This document shows, piece by piece, positions 60,449 to 64,000 of a DNA stretch of 64,000 nucleotides (positions within the stretch are counted from its first letter, which is position 1; each line of letters starts with the position of its first letter). Both the position numbers and the translations under genes were made by a program. Source of the DNA: Minisyncoccota bacterium (GTDB lineage: Bacteria; Patescibacteriota; Patescibacteriia; Patescibacteriales; UBA12465); contig JAIPJA010000002.1 of assembly GCA_021734405.1 (NCBI GenBank), forward strand, positions 1,145 through 65,144, written 5' to 3'. A model generated the notes under the pieces. The model had not been told where the DNA came from. It searched no databases and was given only the letters and a program-made list of their open reading frames with translations.

Positions 60449-61564
60449 ATGAAAGTATTACTTATAACAATTGATTATTTGCCTAGTTTAGGCGGGGTGG
60501 CTACTTACTACGCTAAATTAAAAAAGCATTGGCCTAGTAGTGAGTCTTTAGATGTTTTAGATAATAGCCATAGAGAGTTAAGCGCGGAGACTGGTTTTTT
60601 GCCTTGGTTAAAAGCTTTTAGCTCAGTTTATAAAGCCACAAAGAAAGAAAACTATGATTACTTGCTAGCTGGGCAAATTCTGCCTATAGGCACAGTTTGT
60701 TGGCTTTTAAGTTATATACTTAAAAAACCTTATGCTGTAGTTATCCATGGTATGGATTTTAAATTTGCTCTTTTAAAAACTAGAAAGAAGTGGTTAGCTA
60801 AAAGAATTTTAAACAAAGCTGATAAGGTTATTTGTGGAAATATTTATACGGCTGATTTAGTAAAAGATTTTTTATTACAATCTTCTAAGGAAAATAAAAA
60901 AAATAAAATTATAAATAAAGTAAAGGTTGTTAATCCTGGTATTGAACCAGAAGAAGCTTTAAGATATTTAGGTAATAAACAAGCTATAGACAATTTAAAA
61001 ACACAATACGATCTAGTTGATAAGACCGTTCTTTTTAGTTTAGGCAGACTAGTGGCCAGAAAAGGTTTTGATAAGGTTTTACAGGCTTTAAGCAAAGAAA
61101 AAGTAGATTTTAAAGATTTAGTTTATGTAATTGCTGGTCAAGGAGAGGATAAAGATCGTTTAGAGAATATAGCTAAAGAAGTTAAATTACCAGTAATTTT
61201 TCTAGAAAATTTATCCAATTTAGATAAATGGCTTTGGCTTAATTTATGTGATATATTTATAATGCCAGCCAGAGAAATTAAGGGTGATTTTGAAGGTTTT
61301 GGTATTGTTTACTTAGAAGCTAATTTAGCTTCAAAGCCAGTTATAGCTGGTAATTCAGGGGGAGTAAAAGATGCAGTTGTAGATGGAGTAAATGGTTTAA
61401 TGGTTGATCCAGAAAATATTGAGGCTATAGCTAGAGCTATAGTAAAACTTCAAAATGATAATCACTTAAGATTAGAGCTAGGAAAACAAGGTAAAAAAAG
61501 AGCTGAAGAAAAATTTAATTGGCAACACCAAGCTAAGCTATTTTTGGATTATTTAAAAGAATAG
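60449..61564 (+). CDS. GT4 glycosyltransferase
   Basis: GRLVARKG, EGFGIVYLEA. Confidence 0.92.
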   Translation: MKVLLITIDYLPSLGGVATYYAKLKKHWPSSESLDVLDNSHRELSAETGFLPWLKAFSSVYKATKKENYDYLLAGQILPIGTVCWLLSYILKKPYAVVIHGMDFKFALLKTRKKWLAKRILNKADKVICGNIYTADLVKDFLLQSSKENKKNKIINKVKVVNPGIEPEEALRYLGNKQAIDNLKTQYDLVDKTVLFSLGRLVARKGFDKVLQALSKEKVDFKDLVYVIAGQGEDKDRLENIAKEVKLPVIFLENLSNLDKWLWLNLCDIFIMPAREIKGDFEGFGIVYLEANLASKPVIAGNSGGVKDAVVDGVNGLMVDPENIEAIARAIVKLQNDNHLRLELGKQGKKRAEEKFNWQHQAKLFLDYLKE

Positions 61565-61639
61565 TTTTTTGCTTTACTTGTGTTATTAATGTTTGTTTAT
61601 AAAAAAATTTATTTTCATAAATTAAATTAATTAGAAACT

Positions 61640-62341
61640 ATGATTTCAGTAATTATACCGGTCTATAATCAGGCTAAAGAGCTGAAAGAAACTTTGAAAA
61701 GCTTAATTAAACAAAGTTACCAAGATTTAGAGATTATTATCGTAAACGATGGCTCCAGTGATGGAGTAGAAAAAGTTTTTCAAGATTTTATCTCTCAACA
61801 AGAAACTTCCTTAAGTTTTTACTTTTTAAATAATAATAAGAACTTAGGTGCCCCAGCTACTAGAAATAAAGGCTGGAGCAAGTCTTCAGGCAATTATTTA
61901 TTTTTTTGTGACGCTGACGCTGTTTTAAAGCCAGAAGCTTTAGAAGTTATGCTTAATGCTCTTAACACAAATTCTCAAGCTAGCTATGTTTATTCTTCTT
62001 TTAAATGGGGTAGAAAATTATTTAAAGTGGGAGAATTTAAGGCTGAGAAACTAAAAACAGAACCCTATATTCATACTATGAGTCTTATTAAAAGGGAAGA
62101 TTTCCCGGAAAAGGGCTGGGATGAAAAGATTAAGAAGTTTCAAGATTGGGATTTGTTTTTAACTATGTTAGAGCAGGGAAAAACCGGTGTTTGGGTGGAC
62201 AAGGTGCTTTTTACAGTGAAGCCAGGAGGCACTATGAGTTATTGGTTGCCTAGTTTTGCCTACAAACTACTGCCTTTTTTGCCAGCAGTTAAGAAATATA
62301 AACAAGCTAAGCAGGTTATAAAAAATAAACATTCTTTGTAA
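61640..62341 (+). CDS. GT2 glycosyltransferase
   Basis: ISVIIPVYN, NDGS, DAD, QDWD. Confidence 0.92.
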   Translation: MISVIIPVYNQAKELKETLKSLIKQSYQDLEIIIVNDGSSDGVEKVFQDFISQQETSLSFYFLNNNKNLGAPATRNKGWSKSSGNYLFFCDADAVLKPEALEVMLNALNTNSQASYVYSSFKWGRKLFKVGEFKAEKLKTEPYIHTMSLIKREDFPEKGWDEKIKKFQDWDLFLTMLEQGKTGVWVDKVLFTVKPGGTMSYWLPSFAYKLLPFLPAVKKYKQAKQVIKNKHSL

Positions 62342-63880
62342 ATGGAAACAGTTATTAAACAAATTATAAATAAAAAGATTGGGATAATTTTTGCTCTTAT
62401 TTTGACAGCGGAAGTTTTATCTTTTTTAGCCTATATTTACCCTAGCCTAAGTGCATACTTCTTTTTATTGGTTATAGTTTTAGCTACTTATTTAGGTATT
62501 AAGAATTTAAAGTACCTTTTCTTTTTCTCTTTAGCTGAACTCATTATTGGTTCTCAGGGTCGGCTTTTCTTTTTAGATTTACCTTTTTTTAGTCTGTCTT
62601 TACGCATGGCGCTATGGGCTTTAATGTTAATTTTTTTCTTTTTTTATTTACTTAAAAATTTAAATAGGAAAAAAGTAAAAGAAGAAAATCAAGTAGGGAT
62701 AAGCTTAAAGAATAAACCTTTTTATGAGTTTAGATATTTGTCAGTTTTTCTACTTTTAATGTTTTTTATCTTTTTGGGCGCTTTAATAGGTGTTTTATCT
62801 GGTCATGATTTAGGTGTTTGGTTGGCAGATTTTAATGCCTGGTTATTTTTAGCCTGGCTGTTTCCCGTAGTGTATATTTTTAGGAAAAACCCAGGCGAAA
62901 AAATCCTTTATGAGACTTTAACGGTTTTTATAGCTGCTTGTCTGTGGCTAGTTTTTAAAAGCTTATTCTTTTTGTTTATTTTTTCTCATGACTTTTTTAG
63001 TTTAATGGGGCCACTGTATCGTTGGAGTCGAGTTAATTATTTAGGTGAAATTACTGCTTTGCAAGCTGGGTTTTATAGGATATTTTTTCAGTCTCATCTT
63101 TATTCTTTAATAGCGGTAATTTTATCTTGGGTAGCTTTAGAAAAGTTTAAAAAACTAGAATTTAAACAAAGCAAATATATATATTTGTTTTTAGTTTTAA
63201 ATTTATCAGCTGTGCTTCTATCTTTATCTAGAAGTTTGTGGATGGGCTTAGCTTTTTTTCTGTTATTTTATTTTCTCTTTAAATTAAGGTCCTGGAAGTT
63301 TAAGCAAACTCTTAAACGTTTTATGGTGTTATTATCTCTATTTTTAATGGCTTTTTTAGTTATAGCTTTTGTGGCTAAAGTGCCGGTTTTAGGGCAAAGT
63401 GGAGAATTTTCCGCTAAAGATATTTTAAAAGAAAGATCCTCTACTGAAGCTGATGCTGGGGCAATTTCTTCTCGTTGGTCACTGTTATCTCCTTTGAGTA
63501 AAAAAATATTAAAAGCGCCTGTCTTTGGCCAAGGTTTTGGCCAGGAAATTACCTATATCAGTCAAGACCCTAGAGTTTTAGAAAGCAATCCTTCAGGCAC
63601 TTACACTACTTATGCTTTTGAATGGGCTTGGTTAGATGTTTGGTTAAAAATTGGATTTTTAGGTCTTTTAGCTTATTTCTGGCTTCTTTATCGTTTAATA
63701 GCTGATAGCTTTAAAACTAGAGCTTTTCAACCCCTAGTTAAAGCTTTGGGTTGGTCGCTTATGGCTATAGCTATAGTTAATATCTTTACCCCATACTATA
63801 ACCACCCTTTAGGCTTGGGTTTTTTAGTGGTTTCAGCTGTTATTATCACTAGGTCAAAAAATATAATTTATGAAAGATAA
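62342..63880 (+). CDS. O-antigen ligase/polymerase-like membrane protein
   Basis: Multi-TM; 'SLSRSLW', 'GQGFG'; glycan cluster context. Confidence 0.75.
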   Translation: METVIKQIINKKIGIIFALILTAEVLSFLAYIYPSLSAYFFLLVIVLATYLGIKNLKYLFFFSLAELIIGSQGRLFFLDLPFFSLSLRMALWALMLIFFFFYLLKNLNRKKVKEENQVGISLKNKPFYEFRYLSVFLLLMFFIFLGALIGVLSGHDLGVWLADFNAWLFLAWLFPVVYIFRKNPGEKILYETLTVFIAACLWLVFKSLFFLFIFSHDFFSLMGPLYRWSRVNYLGEITALQAGFYRIFFQSHLYSLIAVILSWVALEKFKKLEFKQSKYIYLFLVLNLSAVLLSLSRSLWMGLAFFLLFYFLFKLRSWKFKQTLKRFMVLLSLFLMAFLVIAFVAKVPVLGQSGEFSAKDILKERSSTEADAGAISSRWSLLSPLSKKILKAPVFGQGFGQEITYISQDPRVLESNPSGTYTTYAFEWAWLDVWLKIGFLGLLAYFWLLYRLIADSFKTRAFQPLVKALGWSLMAIAIVNIFTPYYNHPLGLGFLVVSAVIITRSKNIIYER

Positions 63881-64000
63881 GAGTAAAAGCATGAAAGATG
63901 GTAATAAAAAAGGAATAATTTTAAAAATAACTGTATTTTTAGCTGGAGCTATAGTGATGATTTTTGAGTTGATAGGTTCAAGGGTGGTGGCTCCATATGT
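63870..64000 (+). CDS. Fused MFS/spermidine synthase-like protein (3' truncated by window edge)
   Basis: 'VFLAGAIVMIFELIGSRVVAPY' N-terminal motif. Confidence 0.7.
   Translation, partial: MKDKSKSMKDGNKKGIILKITVFLAGAIVMIFELIGSRVVAPY

Overview
AT-rich bacterial chromosome segment, densely coding and mostly on the + strand. Gene content and style point to a Patescibacteria/CPR (Parcubacteria-like) host (inference): few Shine-Dalgarno motifs, TGnTATAAT promoters, short tsaB, a baseplate-J-like membrane protein and DUF5671. Most of the window is housekeeping: copper locus (csoR-like/dsbD-like/copA), ABC transporters, murI, rarA, hisS, cysS, dus, mraZ-rsmH-ftsL-ftsI-murF, rfbD/rfbA, glycosyltransferases, dnaE, thrS, aldolase, rodA, rplY, prmC, prfA, rpmE. 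Three places stand out. (1) At 39.24-42.9 kb there is an integrase-less integron-type cassette array: an attI-like site and two attC sites whose R boxes exactly match each cassette's own start. It has Xer/dif-like arms, nested inverted repeats around each gene and archaeal-style TATA-box promoters. (2) At 50.97-51.54 kb an isolated 57-codon copy of the conserved rpoC C-terminal motif abuts a ~415-nt GC-rich, multi-hairpin non-coding segment carrying 16 nt identical to 23S rRNA helix 69. (3) The thrS T-box has an ultra-short stem I with the Thr codon ACC in its apical loop. No database searches were run; family calls come from recognised motifs.
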